Position numbers and translations under genes: made by a program
In this document: in pieces, positions 10,948-21,766 of the stretch
Layout: every line of letters starts with the position of its first letter
Position numbering within the stretch: position 1 is the first letter of the stretch
From: Methanomethylovorans hollandica DSM 15978
Lineage (GTDB): Archaea; Halobacteriota; Methanosarcinia; Methanosarcinales; Methanosarcinaceae
Assembly: GCF_000328665.1 (NCBI RefSeq)
Contig: NC_019977.1
Coordinates: 1,790,011 to 1,854,010, forward strand
Reading direction: 5' to 3'
Length of the DNA stretch: 64,000 bases
The notes under the pieces: generated by a model
What the model saw: the letters and a program-made list of their open reading frames with translations, nothing else
The model's database searches: none
What the model was told of the DNA's origin: nothing

Positions 10948-12001
10948 TTTCAACACCCCTCTGCTAAATCCACGGATGCCCAGAAAACCACAAAATTGTG
11001 GTTAAACTCCAACTATAATGAAAGGAATATCCACCCCTGGACCTAGAAGTAGATCTACTATCCTAATTAGGTATGGGTTCTTATTAAATATAAATATAAC
11101 CAAATTAGATTTGATGACAATTATATTAACATTCGTGTGACTTTAAACATTATTAAATTATTTATGGCGATTATACTTATTAAATCCCTGTAAATCTTTT
11201 TCCCTTAATACCAAAGTTGACAGCTACATCCATTTAAGGTGCAACTAAAAAAAGTAGACTTGTATTAAATAATTTTTTCAAGATCAATGGCCTCTACCAA
11301 TGATGAATCATCGGATAGATGTTAGCTTCCGGTACATTTGCTAAATTTAATGGATCTCCACAACATTGAGTGGGTAAATTCGGAAGGTATTCGGAGTAAA
11401 AGAGTATTCTGACTTACTGAACCGATTTTGGTAGTCATGACAACTAAGTCACATGATATGGATTCTTAATTTCAGCGGATATTTAGTATACAGTGAATTG
11501 TTATTTTATGGGGGATTAGTGATGTACTGGTGCTGCAATTACCCACACGATGTTGAAGAGAGCCAATTTAATGAAAACATTAAAGGCTTCAGTGTTAAAT
11601 ATTCAAGATCAAGAGTGGGCTTCATGCCTAAAAAGAATCCTATATGTGTTGAATATACCCATTTGTGACCTTCGTTTAGTGGTATAAGGAGAAGTTGCAT
11701 AATTAATCCGACCTTCCGCAGATGTCAAGAAAAAACAGGTATTTTCTCTTTTCAGCAATTTGTACGAAGAAAGTCCAATATTTATCACAATGTATGTTAT
11801 TATTATGTTAAATAGTATTATTAAAGTTTGACAAATAACTGCAATTCAGATAATTGGCAAAATTCTAGGACATCTGCGGAATATAAGATTAATCGCCAGA
11901 GGAGGATAATCCGTTCTATTCAATAAGTATCATACCTACCTTTGATGTTCTAAAAAAGAGAATTATTGCTTTAATAGGCAGACAAGATTAAAGTACCCTG
12001 A

Positions 12002-13057
12002 TTATGTATCGATGAATCTGTTCAAAGGCACAGATCGTTTGATGTTCCTGTGATCTTTTATGAAGACCACGTAACCAGAATCCTCTTTATCGAAGATGAA
12101 AGTATATTCAACATTGAAATATGCCCAGTACTTCACATAAACTGACCTGGCATCCGAAACAGTAACAATAGCATCTGTAGAGTTTTCTGTGATATTGTAC
12201 ACAGGATAATCTATCTCCCGTGGGAAGCTGGAATCATACAATGCTGCGGCTCTTGAGATGTATCCGTAATCATCTGCAGTTATATTGTCATAAGAGTTCA
12301 CTGGAATAAGACTCGATCTGTGTATGCCTTTCCAGTAACTTGTTTCAAATATCTTATAATGCGTTTCATTAAAGCTGTATGCACCCAGGAACTTCCCGAA
12401 TGACATAGGTGCCATATTCTGATACGAAATGTCAGAGTCTTCCGTATCTGAGATATGTTGTACCAGCATGAGCTTAGTAAAAGGTGCCAAAGCACACCAG
12501 ATTAGAAAAATACATGATATAGAAACTATTATTGTTCTTTTATTGTGTTGCAGGTATCTGTATACCGGGTCCATTTTTGGCCACTTCCCTTTATTTCTCT
12601 GATACTGTAACAACAGTATGAACAGAGGTATCAGGGAAATTGCAGTTACAATAGGATCAAAGAAATCAAAGGCCCCCAGGGTGGAGCTCTCTTTTATAAA
12701 AGGGAAGAAAGGACGCATTTTCCAGCTTGTTGCATAATCCAGGTATACGTGACTAAGAATTGCCAGGAAGCATGCGATCGTAAGATGGAGGTTCTTCTCC
12801 ATTATGTGAAGGAACAGCACAACTAATATAATGAACAATATGGAGTGCATGAATTCCCGATGTCCCATAAAATAGAACAAACTGTTTCGCATCTCCGGGC
12901 TCAGATACTTTTCCAGCAGGATAAATATGACGTATGGAATAAAATCAAGGTCAGGAAGTATCGAGAACAAAACCACCAGTTTACTTTCCCTTCCGCGCAA
13001 TCCTAAAAGTAAAACAATGAGCAGACCGATTCCTGCGTGGGATAAAGAACTTACCAT
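12002..13057 (-). CDS. membrane-bound metal-dependent hydrolase (YdjM-like)
   Basis: SH, LPDLD, HREFMHS and SHVYLD motifs with several TM segments. Confidence 0.8.
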   Translation of the reverse strand: MVSSLSHAGIGLLIVLLLGLRGRESKLVVLFSILPDLDFIPYVIFILLEKYLSPEMRNSLFYFMGHREFMHSILFIILVVLFLHIMEKNLHLTIACFLAILSHVYLDYATSWKMRPFFPFIKESSTLGAFDFFDPIVTAISLIPLFILLLQYQRNKGKWPKMDPVYRYLQHNKRTIIVSISCIFLIWCALAPFTKLMLVQHISDTEDSDISYQNMAPMSFGKFLGAYSFNETHYKIFETSYWKGIHRSSLIPVNSYDNITADDYGYISRAAALYDSSFPREIDYPVYNITENSTDAIVTVSDARSVYVKYWAYFNVEYTFIFDKEDSGYVVFIKDHRNIKRSVPLNRFIDT

Positions 13058-13305
13058 AATTCACCATTTACATTCAATGCCAGAATATTGTACCCCGATC
13101 ATCTGATTTAAATTTACTTCAATGATCATCTCTGTGAATATGAACCGATGCCTGAAGGGAAGTTATAACATCTATCAACTATCAGCTGAACAAGTATGTC
13201 CATTAGCAATGCTTCCTGAAGGAAGTTAAGAAATAAACCAAGTTAAATCGAATGAGAGATCTCAGATTTATAGAACCTTCGGTGCAGCCAGATCAACCCG
13301 GAATA

Positions 13306-13731
13306 TCAGTATTTTCCAAAAGAGCGCGCAATCAGCCTGTGCATCCCATGGATACTTAATCCGCTACCAAGGTACAACATCGGACATTTGCCGGTCATTA
13401 TATTACCTGCTGTGCCTGAAGCCATTTCACGTACTTTTTCTGTATCCGTCCTCCAGTGGACCCAGATATCTTCACAACCTCTGCCAAGAAGATATTGTAT
13501 GATATCAGCAGGTTCCATAGCTGTAATACCTATCACAACTTTTTCCACCGGCAGGGACAAAGCTTCAAGAGCAGCCTGGACCTGAGATGCACCCAGATCC
13601 TTGATGTCCAGAGCCTGCACGGATAAGCCTCTATTTTTGAGCTCATCGATGGTCAATTTGATAGCCGGTTTTGATCTATCGGTCACTATAAGATAACTGT
13701 TACCTTCCCAAAAGCTTTCTGCATCATTCAT
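13306..13731 (-). CDS. CoA-binding-domain-like protein
   Basis: Small Rossmann-like protein ending GKCPMLYL...IHGMHR. Confidence 0.55.
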   Translation of the reverse strand: MNDAESFWEGNSYLIVTDRSKPAIKLTIDELKNRGLSVQALDIKDLGASQVQAALEALSLPVEKVVIGITAMEPADIIQYLLGRGCEDIWVHWRTDTEKVREMASGTAGNIMTGKCPMLYLGSGLSIHGMHRLIARSFGKY

Positions 13732-13757
13732 ACTATGCCCTCCCTATCCATGCCATA

Positions 13758-14165
13758 CTAGATCAGTTCAGCAAGCGAGGTAACCTTGCCTTCTTTTGAT
13801 CTCGATATCATCACTTCTATTTTCTTAAAGGCAGGTACACCCGTGCCTGCGGTATCAGCTGCCACAAGAACATTAGCCCAGGGCCCATTGATCATGAATG
13901 CTGTTCCCGGATGAGGCTGTTCAAGAACTGAAATCCCTACTTTCAGTACTACTCTTCCGGAAGTGTTTTTCGCAAGTATCATATCCCCTGATTTAAGTCC
14001 CATCTTCTTCATATCATCCTTATCCAGTCTGATGATGGAAGAAAGCTCGGCATATTGCTCACTGAACCTGGAATTTTCCTGGGCGGTGTTCTGGAATATA
14101 TCCCTGTGGGTAACGATGATGAACTTGAACTCAGGTTCTGCGAGGAATTGTCCGAATCCCATCAT
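13758..14165 (-). CDS. fwdD: formylmethanofuran dehydrogenase subunit D (molybdopterin dinucleotide-binding)
   Basis: GPWAN...DTAGTGVPAFK motif; overlaps the fwdB stop. Confidence 0.8.
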   Translation of the reverse strand: MMGFGQFLAEPEFKFIIVTHRDIFQNTAQENSRFSEQYAELSSIIRLDKDDMKKMGLKSGDMILAKNTSGRVVLKVGISVLEQPHPGTAFMINGPWANVLVAADTAGTGVPAFKKIEVMISRSKEGKVTSLAELI

Positions 14166-15406
14166 ATCTCCTCCATGATACGTGTGATGATCTGCTCATC
14201 TGCCAGTTTCTTTGTGTCAATGATCTGTTTAAGTACCACTTCCACACCATCCATGCGTATTGCAGTGCCTCCGCATTCAACACCGCTAAGTGCTGAGGGA
14301 ATGGTCACTTTGGACACCCTGGAGGTCAGGTTCTCGCAGGGATCAATGGTAATTAACGGGACCTTACTGAGTTTTTTTGCAATTGCCCCGGGGAGGCTTG
14401 CAAGAGGATCAGAGCCAATGATCATGGCTGCATCTATAACGTCATTGCTGATGAGTTCCACCACAGATTGCTGTGGCCCATGTTCTACTTTTTCTCCTCC
14501 GAAATACACCCTGTTGATATGGCCAGTTTCCCTGAAAAGAGTATGATCAAAACCACGCATATTGTATTGTCCCACCATGGGTATCAGATGGAATTTTGAA
14601 GTTTCGTTGAGCTTGTTCATTAAGCTGAAGAGGGGGTCCAGAGAATTCAGAGAATACGTCATGCCAAGACCTGCAAACACTACTCCGAACTCTGCCTTTT
14701 TCAGTATATTTGCTAATTCCAATATCCTTTTGGGATCCATGTTGAAAGATGTCTTTGGAACCTTACTGGATAGAGCACTAAGAAGAGCACCCATGAATTC
14801 CGGATCCGCTCCAACCGGGATCTCGTAGAGCTTATCGCTGCAGACTGCAGCAGTATCCGACCTCCTCACATCTATGATCACAGCGGTCCGGTCCTCTTCC
14901 CAGCCTCTCTGGCGTTGTTTTCCCCGGGGGAAGTAAGAATACATGGAAAGATGCCGTGGATGAGAATGTGAAGGATCCGCTCCCCAGAATACGATCACAT
15001 CAGCCATGTGTCGCACTTCATCCAGAGTACAGGTCGGTAGTTTTCCATTGAGGATAGCCTCAACCAGGGGTCCCTGACAGAAAGAAGATGTATCATCAAT
15101 ATGTGCACCAAGTTTTCTTGCAAGCTCTATGGACTTTGTCTGGGCTTCCAGTGTGGAATTCCCGTGCCCGAAGATAAGAGGATGCTTTGCTTCTTTCAGT
15201 ATCCTGGCAGCTTCCTTTATTGCAGTGTTTTCATCAACTGTTTTTCCATCCACTGTGCATGGCATGGGTGAAGCGCAGCCTTTCATGCGGGAAACACCTT
15301 TCAGGCATGCTGTATTAACTCCAGTGACCCTGCTGTCCTGCAGCTCCACTGTAATGTCATCACATAATAAGGCACAACCTGTGCAAACAAATGGTCCGTT
15401 GTCCAA
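14162..15406 (-). CDS. fwdB: formylmethanofuran dehydrogenase subunit B
   Basis: CTGCALLCDD, SSFCQGP, CTLDEVR, WGADPSHSHPRH and GTAIRMDGV; TTG 15406 follows GGAGTGA. Confidence 0.9.
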   Translation of the reverse strand: MDNGPFVCTGCALLCDDITVELQDSRVTGVNTACLKGVSRMKGCASPMPCTVDGKTVDENTAIKEAARILKEAKHPLIFGHGNSTLEAQTKSIELARKLGAHIDDTSSFCQGPLVEAILNGKLPTCTLDEVRHMADVIVFWGADPSHSHPRHLSMYSYFPRGKQRQRGWEEDRTAVIIDVRRSDTAAVCSDKLYEIPVGADPEFMGALLSALSSKVPKTSFNMDPKRILELANILKKAEFGVVFAGLGMTYSLNSLDPLFSLMNKLNETSKFHLIPMVGQYNMRGFDHTLFRETGHINRVYFGGEKVEHGPQQSVVELISNDVIDAAMIIGSDPLASLPGAIAKKLSKVPLITIDPCENLTSRVSKVTIPSALSGVECGGTAIRMDGVEVVLKQIIDTKKLADEQIITRIMEEI

Positions 15407-15427
15407 TGATATCACTCCTGAAGGGGA

Positions 15428-15886
15428 TCATACAAATTCTATTGCTTTTGTGGGGCATGTGTCTATACATGCATAACACAGCGTCTTGTTGGAGCCAAAA
15501 CGACGGCATTCCTGGATATTCACCGGCCGTACTATGCCATCCTTTATGTATAGGATTACTTTGTCATTGGTCGGAGCCTTGCCACTACCTGTTCCTTCCG
15601 GGTCTGCCACCACATTTACCGGGCAGGCAACAACACAATTGCCACAACCAATGCATTTGTCCTTGTGTACAAGAAAACCAGTTTCAGTGACATCACCCAC
15701 CGGAGTTATCAGTTCATTCAGTTTTTCATAGCCGGTAAGATATTTTTCTTCCTTAAGAGGCGGGCAATCATCTATGCTGATCTTACGTGCCAGCAGATCC
15801 ACTGCAAAGGCCATACAGGTCGCCTTACCGCATTTTTTGCAGTTTGTTTTTGGCAGCAGCTGGTAGATCTCCATCAGAGTTGGCAT
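15428..15886 (-). CDS. fwdG: FwdG-like ferredoxin with an N-terminal FeS domain
   Basis: LPKTNCKKCG...C; CIGCGNCVVACP; CYACIDTCP. Confidence 0.75.
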   Translation of the reverse strand: MPTLMEIYQLLPKTNCKKCGKATCMAFAVDLLARKISIDDCPPLKEEKYLTGYEKLNELITPVGDVTETGFLVHKDKCIGCGNCVVACPVNVVADPEGTGSGKAPTNDKVILYIKDGIVRPVNIQECRRFGSNKTLCYACIDTCPTKAIEFV

Positions 15887-15911
15887 TATCAATGTTCTCC
15901 TTCAGGACCAC

Positions 15912-16205
15912 TTACTGGCCATTGCCATTGTTCTTAAAGAACAGTCCACAATGACAACTTCCATTGGTCTTGATCTCTTCTTCATGATACACGCATGGAC
16001 AGATTATATTCTTATCCTCGTCCTTGTCCCCGGTAACTATCCTGCAAGGACAGTACTGGTGCCCGAGCTCATTTCTGTTCCGTGTCAGACCATCGATAAC
16101 TATATGCAGCATTTCTTCATCGGGGTTAAGAATATATCCTTTTTTATCTGCATATCTTATGAGCCATCCTCTTGTCTTTTCAACTATGTGTTCATGTTTG
16201 ATCAT
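15912..16205 (-). CDS. ferredoxin:thioredoxin reductase catalytic subunit
   Basis: YCPCR...ICPC...CHCGLF signature. Confidence 0.9.
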   Translation of the reverse strand: MIKHEHIVEKTRGWLIRYADKKGYILNPDEEMLHIVIDGLTRNRNELGHQYCPCRIVTGDKDEDKNIICPCVYHEEEIKTNGSCHCGLFFKNNGNGQ

Positions 16206-16549
16206 TCATCTCACCAGAATTTACGATTGATCTCTGTGGGTCCATTTACCTTTTTCAGACCCACGGGTCCATTGAAAATACGATTATTACGGGAATTGTG
16301 GATTTCCAGACATGTTTCAGGAATAAATATATGATCCAAAGGGTCCACTCCCATATATTATGGAAGGGATGTATTAAATGTGTAACGCTTAGTGGTTGCC
16401 TGTCTTTCTGTTCTTATATCTTTGTAACGGAAGATATTAAAATAATTTTCATTCCGGCAGAAAAGGAGCGTTTATAGGGTGCCCATGTACGGCAGGAACC
16501 CTACGCATGATAGCAATAGCACTGGGTATTATATCAACTTCAAAATTTG

Positions 16550-17398
16550 TTATTTATCGATCACTTTCTTTCTTTTTCTGGATTCCTGAAGTATCTTTAC
16601 AGGTATTCCCGCACCTGGAACAATGAAACCTGCGATCTCCCCACCAATCTCGAACAAAGCTTCCTCAGTGAAGATCTCTGTCATCTTTTCCCGAAGAACT
16701 TTCCCTGAATAGAACTCGCCTGTGATACCGTCGAACTCCAGCACGTTCTGTTTGTTCTTCGGGACCCAGGTATACTCGAAAGCATAAACTGGTCTGAAAT
16801 AGAGATCCAGGGTATCTATGCTCACAGTCTCATCCAGTACTTCATCAGCATCTATCGGTTTCAGCATTTCGGTCAGCAGTTTCCTGACAATGTATGCAGC
16901 CTTTACTTTTACAGGAAGTACTATAGTGTTTCCTTCGTTCAGCTCTGCGGTCTGTGCAAGTTCCCTTGTGGACATGGCGACATACTTGGAAAAATCTTCT
17001 TCTTTTTCAGTATAGGCATCGACAAATATATCTTTTGAATTAGCTTCCAGACAGTGTTCTACCCGTGAAAGTGTGATGTTCCTTTGCGGATCCATGGTCT
17101 TTTCTTCACCAAATATTGTTACTTTTTGAACTATTGGATCGCTGATCTTGACAATGAATTCACAATTACGTTTATATTCAAAGTGCGTGGAACAGACAGC
17201 ATGCCAGAACGGTTTATATTGTTTTTCTGAATGAGTTATATTGATATCTTCAGGTTTTGGCCTTGACAGGAGGTTCTTAAGACCTCCGAAAGCTGCAGTC
17301 TTTTTGTTCCAGGCCAGTTCTTTCATTTCCTCAAATGTCTTTTCACCCGTCACTATCAGCATTCTTGGCTCATGGGTTACCAGATTAAAACTATCCAT
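16550..17398 (-). CDS. hypothetical protein
   Basis: Long ORF with YKPFW and LYFRPVYAFEY repeats-like motifs; no function recognised; start uncertain. Confidence 0.7.
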   Translation of the reverse strand: MDSFNLVTHEPRMLIVTGEKTFEEMKELAWNKKTAAFGGLKNLLSRPKPEDINITHSEKQYKPFWHAVCSTHFEYKRNCEFIVKISDPIVQKVTIFGEEKTMDPQRNITLSRVEHCLEANSKDIFVDAYTEKEEDFSKYVAMSTRELAQTAELNEGNTIVLPVKVKAAYIVRKLLTEMLKPIDADEVLDETVSIDTLDLYFRPVYAFEYTWVPKNKQNVLEFDGITGEFYSGKVLREKMTEIFTEEALFEIGGEIAGFIVPGAGIPVKILQESRKRKKVIDK

Positions 17399-17739
17399 GA
17401 TAATGAATAGCAATATACTTAGAAATAATGTTTTTGCGTGATTCTGGTATGTTCTTTGAATAAATGGAATTTATCAGCATATTTCCCTTCAAGGCCGATA
17501 TTTTATTTCAGTACCATGGGTTCTGAAATCCGATATACAAAAATATAGAAACTAACCAGAATTAAATTTTTAAGAGGCTTGCTGAATGATCTTATTTATG
17601 CATATAACAAAATATAACCTAGTCTCCACAGCCACGTGAATATAGATCTCACAGCTATTCCACAAAGAGGACAGAGCCCTGAAATAAATCCTTTACCTTA
17701 CTACCTAACCATGATGCACATGTAGTCGTACACTTAAGC

Positions 17740-18435
17740 TTATGTTTTTATCTCATCGCTGATCATTATACCATCTTCGAGTGTTATCACCCTGTTAACA
17801 TATTCTACATGCCACGGTTCATGTGTGACCATAATAATTGTCTGTCCATATTTTTCATTCAGCTCTTTGAATACATCCAGCACTTGTTTTGAGTTGTTGG
17901 TGTCCAGGTTTGCACATGGCTCATCAGCAAACATGATATCAGGTTTTTTTGCAATTGCTCTTGCAATGGCAACTCGTTGCTTTTCACCACCCGATAATTC
18001 ATCAGGGACTCGATCATGTTTCCCATTCAGGCCAACCTTAGCTAATGCTTCAAGAGCAGTTCTGTAAGATTCCTTCTTTGACTTTCCTTCCATCATAGAA
18101 AGCACATATACATTCTCTGCAGCACTCATCTCATTGATGAGTGCATAATCCTGAAAGACATAACCAACCTGAGTCAGTCTGTAATAACTTCTTTCTGCCT
18201 CCGGCAGGCTTGAAACCTCTAGCCCCCGGATAGTGTATATCCCATCTGTTGCATCGTCCAACAAAGCCAGTATCCTCAAAAGAGTCGTTTTTCCACTACC
18301 GGATGCACCCATTATGGCTACAAATTCCCCTTTTTTAATTTCAAAAGAAACACCATTAAGAGCCTTGACCGCAGTTTTTCCGGTCCCATAATATCTTTTC
18401 AGATCTTTTACTATGATTATTTTTACCGTCCCCAT
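17740..18435 (-). CDS. ABC transporter ATPase (LolD/MacB family)
   Basis: GASGSGKT, LSGGEKQRVAIARA, DEP and VTH motifs. Confidence 0.95.
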   Translation of the reverse strand: MGTVKIIIVKDLKRYYGTGKTAVKALNGVSFEIKKGEFVAIMGASGSGKTTLLRILALLDDATDGIYTIRGLEVSSLPEAERSYYRLTQVGYVFQDYALINEMSAAENVYVLSMMEGKSKKESYRTALEALAKVGLNGKHDRVPDELSGGEKQRVAIARAIAKKPDIMFADEPCANLDTNNSKQVLDVFKELNEKYGQTIIMVTHEPWHVEYVNRVITLEDGIMISDEIKT

Positions 18436-19631
18436 ATGGCTTTGAGTATGCTCTCTCTGGATACACTCCAGGCAGGCAGGATCCCGGCTATCACTGACAG
18501 CGTAAGCATGGTAACTATACTTTGAATAAGTAGCACAGGATCAATGACCGGACTTATTTCTATGGTTTCATAGAAAATTACTGGATTTGCCTGGAAATAA
18601 AGCATAAGTGTAAAGTAGAGTATCAATCCTGCAAAAATTCCCAGTGAAACGTAGAAAGTGCTAAGAAATGCATAGGACAACACAATAGATCTTGGGGTAA
18701 TACCTACCGCTTTGAGAATTCCGATCTCTTTTTTCCTGTTAAGCACATTGATATAGATAATAATAAGGACCAGCGCTGCACCTACGATCAAACTCACGAT
18801 CTTGGACATCACATCTATAGCACCCATGCTTTGCATGGCCTGCCTTATGAGAGATTCCGACTTATCAGCCCATGTAAATACCTGTTCATTCACTCCAACT
18901 TCTCTGATCTTGTCCTGGATCTGTGCTTCTGTCCCTTGATCAGTGACCCTTACAACTACACTGGTAGCTTCTTTGCCTTCAAGGCCATACACATCCTCGA
19001 TCTCCTTGTAATGGACCAGAGCATTCAGATCGACAACCTCAAATGTGCCTTCCATAATGCCTTTGACCTTATAGGTCCTTTTTACTCCATTGCTGTATGT
19101 TACGTCAACAAAGGATCCTGGCCTTACTTCACCCAGGTTGTCATATATCTCTGATCCGAACCCCGTCCCTGCTATCATAGCCCCGATGATTATCTCGTTC
19201 CGGGAGAGATCACTTAAAAATTCTCCTTCACTGATAATGTACGGATAGCGAGAAATATCATACTCTTCTGTGGGAAGCATGCCGGTTATCGTTACACCTA
19301 CGACTTTCTGCTTATGGTTAATAGATGCTCCCACATCAATCCTTTTTGTTGCAGCTCTCACCCCTTCTACAGCCCGTACTTTCTTCAATACATTATCTGC
19401 ATTGTTAATGTAGGTATTATCACCAGTTGGTTCAATGACAATATCTCCGTACGGATAATCCTGCATGAACCCGGTGAACATGCCTAAAAGTCCTCCTATC
19501 ATTGACGGAAGAAACACTAAGTTCAAAAAAATGAGGGAGAGGACAAAAACAATGAACGTCAGTGTTTTCTTGTTGCCTCTCTTGATACTGCAGTAGGCAA
19601 TAAGAGCTCCTACCCGTATATCATTGATCAT
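18423..19631 (-). CDS. ABC transporter permease (FtsX/MacB family)
   Basis: 1+3 TM layout; RKKEIGILKAVG motif. Confidence 0.9.
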   Translation of the reverse strand: MINDIRVGALIAYCSIKRGNKKTLTFIVFVLSLIFLNLVFLPSMIGGLLGMFTGFMQDYPYGDIVIEPTGDNTYINNADNVLKKVRAVEGVRAATKRIDVGASINHKQKVVGVTITGMLPTEEYDISRYPYIISEGEFLSDLSRNEIIIGAMIAGTGFGSEIYDNLGEVRPGSFVDVTYSNGVKRTYKVKGIMEGTFEVVDLNALVHYKEIEDVYGLEGKEATSVVVRVTDQGTEAQIQDKIREVGVNEQVFTWADKSESLIRQAMQSMGAIDVMSKIVSLIVGAALVLIIIYINVLNRKKEIGILKAVGITPRSIVLSYAFLSTFYVSLGIFAGLILYFTLMLYFQANPVIFYETIEISPVIDPVLLIQSIVTMLTLSVIAGILPAWSVSRESILKAIWGR

Positions 19632-19640
19632 ATTGTAGCC

Positions 19641-20867
19641 TCATTTATTCTTGTTGTCAGCAGAATTATCTCCGCCTTCCATCAACTGCTTGATCACGGC
19701 ATCTTTTAATTTTATTGTCCTGTAATTATAATAGATAAGGCCGCCAATGATTACCAGAATGATCAATATAAGCAGAGCTGTGCCTACTCCACTATCCTTT
19801 TTCATGACGATCAGATTGACCTTCGTTTCAATTTGTTCTTCCCCAAAATCATCAATATATGTTATTGTTACCGGGATCTGGTATTCTCCTGCTCTGTCGG
19901 CCACAAATGTAATTACTGCAGGCCCGTCTTCGTTAGTATCAAGAGTACCTATAAAAGACTCTTTTAGTCCTTTGAACGGATGATCAGCGTAGACCCTTAT
20001 TGAATTAATTGTCCTCTCACCAGAGTTTTCGACCCTCATGGTCAGTTCTACAGTATCACCCTTGCGGGGAAGAACAGGGTCAACCTTCACAGATGCAAGA
20101 TTTAAACTTCCTTTTTTGTCAAGTATGGTGAGTTTAATGTTATACTCATCCTTATGAATGCCATAATCATCTTCATAGTTTATGATAACCGGGATCTCAA
20201 AAGTTCCTGATCTGTTTGCCTTGAATTTGAATAATGCCGTTTGACTGCCATTTGAACTAAGAGTTCCGATCGTAGAGTTCTTTATTCCCTGGAAATCATA
20301 GCCTAAATCGACTGCCAGGGATTTTGCTATTCCTTTGCCAAAGTTCTCTATCCCTAAATTAAGATCAACTGTATCTCCCTCATAGATATATTCTGGGTTG
20401 GTCCTGACAGACGAGATCCTTGGTTCGGCATGCTCACCTATCACTATTACTTCAACCTCATAATATGCTGTTCTTGTTACATCCTTATTTCCATACGTCA
20501 GTTTCATTTTTATGATATGAGGACCGGGTTTGGCATCCGGGGTTGTTCTCATATGGTATCTCAACTGCCTTTCACTGTTACTGTAAACAAATCTGGGAAA
20601 GTGAGCAACGAGACTTTCCGTAACCATGATATCCGGGGGGATGCTGATTATTTCAAAAGTGATATTTTCAGGAATCTGGGTACCGCAGTTCTCAAGACTT
20701 ATCCCCACAGTGAACTCTTTATTGATCCCGACTGAACTGGGGCTGATGTCCTCTACGACAGCTATTAAACATTCGTCACCAGAACCTGCTTCAGCTGTAA
20801 TACTTCCCAGAAGGATAAACAAAAAAAGTGATACCATAAAAAATGTTGATCTTGCATTAGAATTCAT
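19641..20867 (-). CDS. COG1361 S-layer-domain membrane protein
   Basis: Signal peptide, three Ig/CARDB-like repeats and a C-terminal TM; first gene of the ABC operon. Confidence 0.75.
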   Translation of the reverse strand: MNSNARSTFFMVSLFLFILLGSITAEAGSGDECLIAVVEDISPSSVGINKEFTVGISLENCGTQIPENITFEIISIPPDIMVTESLVAHFPRFVYSNSERQLRYHMRTTPDAKPGPHIIKMKLTYGNKDVTRTAYYEVEVIVIGEHAEPRISSVRTNPEYIYEGDTVDLNLGIENFGKGIAKSLAVDLGYDFQGIKNSTIGTLSSNGSQTALFKFKANRSGTFEIPVIINYEDDYGIHKDEYNIKLTILDKKGSLNLASVKVDPVLPRKGDTVELTMRVENSGERTINSIRVYADHPFKGLKESFIGTLDTNEDGPAVITFVADRAGEYQIPVTITYIDDFGEEQIETKVNLIVMKKDSGVGTALLILIILVIIGGLIYYNYRTIKLKDAVIKQLMEGGDNSADNKNK

Positions 20868-21766
20868 TCTTTATTCATCCCTTCAAAATCATTTATGTGC
20901 ATGCCTTTTGATAATGATCTGTGGTCACTTGAAGCATTTCTTAAGCGTCCCCATTTTTGCTTATGATCGGATTATAAGTAAAATTCAGATTACATTTTTT
21001 ATGTTTTTATCTTATTTTTAAGTTGTTATGTTAATATCACATACACCATCTGAGTCTAGTCATACTCTTACTGGAGAATGTATCTCTTCAGAATAATAGC
21101 AGTTATCTCTATCTTTTTGCTATCTGAGTAGATTTTTACTATATGAGTAGAAGAATTTTAACCCAATTCCTAACTTCAACTTGTCCATCAGTTCCGCAAG
21201 CGCAACAATAATTATGTAGTCCCGATTAAGATATTCTTTTAGCAAAATCAGAGTTAATAACTTGTGCTGTACATATCTTCTTTTGGAAGATTTGCAATTA
21301 CATAGGGAGATCATTGCCTTTATCTTTCAGCGGAAAACAATGATCATGAGAAGCATTCTGTATTAATAATCAGATCAAAATAAAATTAAAAGTGGCTTTT
21401 ATACAAAGCCAAAGTTTATATACTAGTTACTTTACTTGTATTCTGATAAGTGGATAATTAAGATTTACTTTAGGTATTATGGGAAGTACATAAATTCGTG
21501 GTAGGAAAGATACAAAAGAAGCATGCGAAGATGTGCAAAAATGTGGAATCCTATCATTTTTTAGACATTTTATATGTCTTCTTAGGCTGAATTATCCCAA
21601 GATTAATGTTTAAAAAAATAAGTGAATATTTCCAGCAGTGTGGTGGTTAGGTCGTGATAACTTTTTAAAAGCAATTATTATGACACAAAGTAGCCACGGT
21701 TTAGTTCATTAGAATAAATAAACATTAAGATTGTCAAAATATGAATTATTTATGGTGGAGTATATT

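Noticed and set aside
11453..11668. 71-aa ORF in the long intergenic region
   Set aside because: No motif or clear RBS; probably spurious
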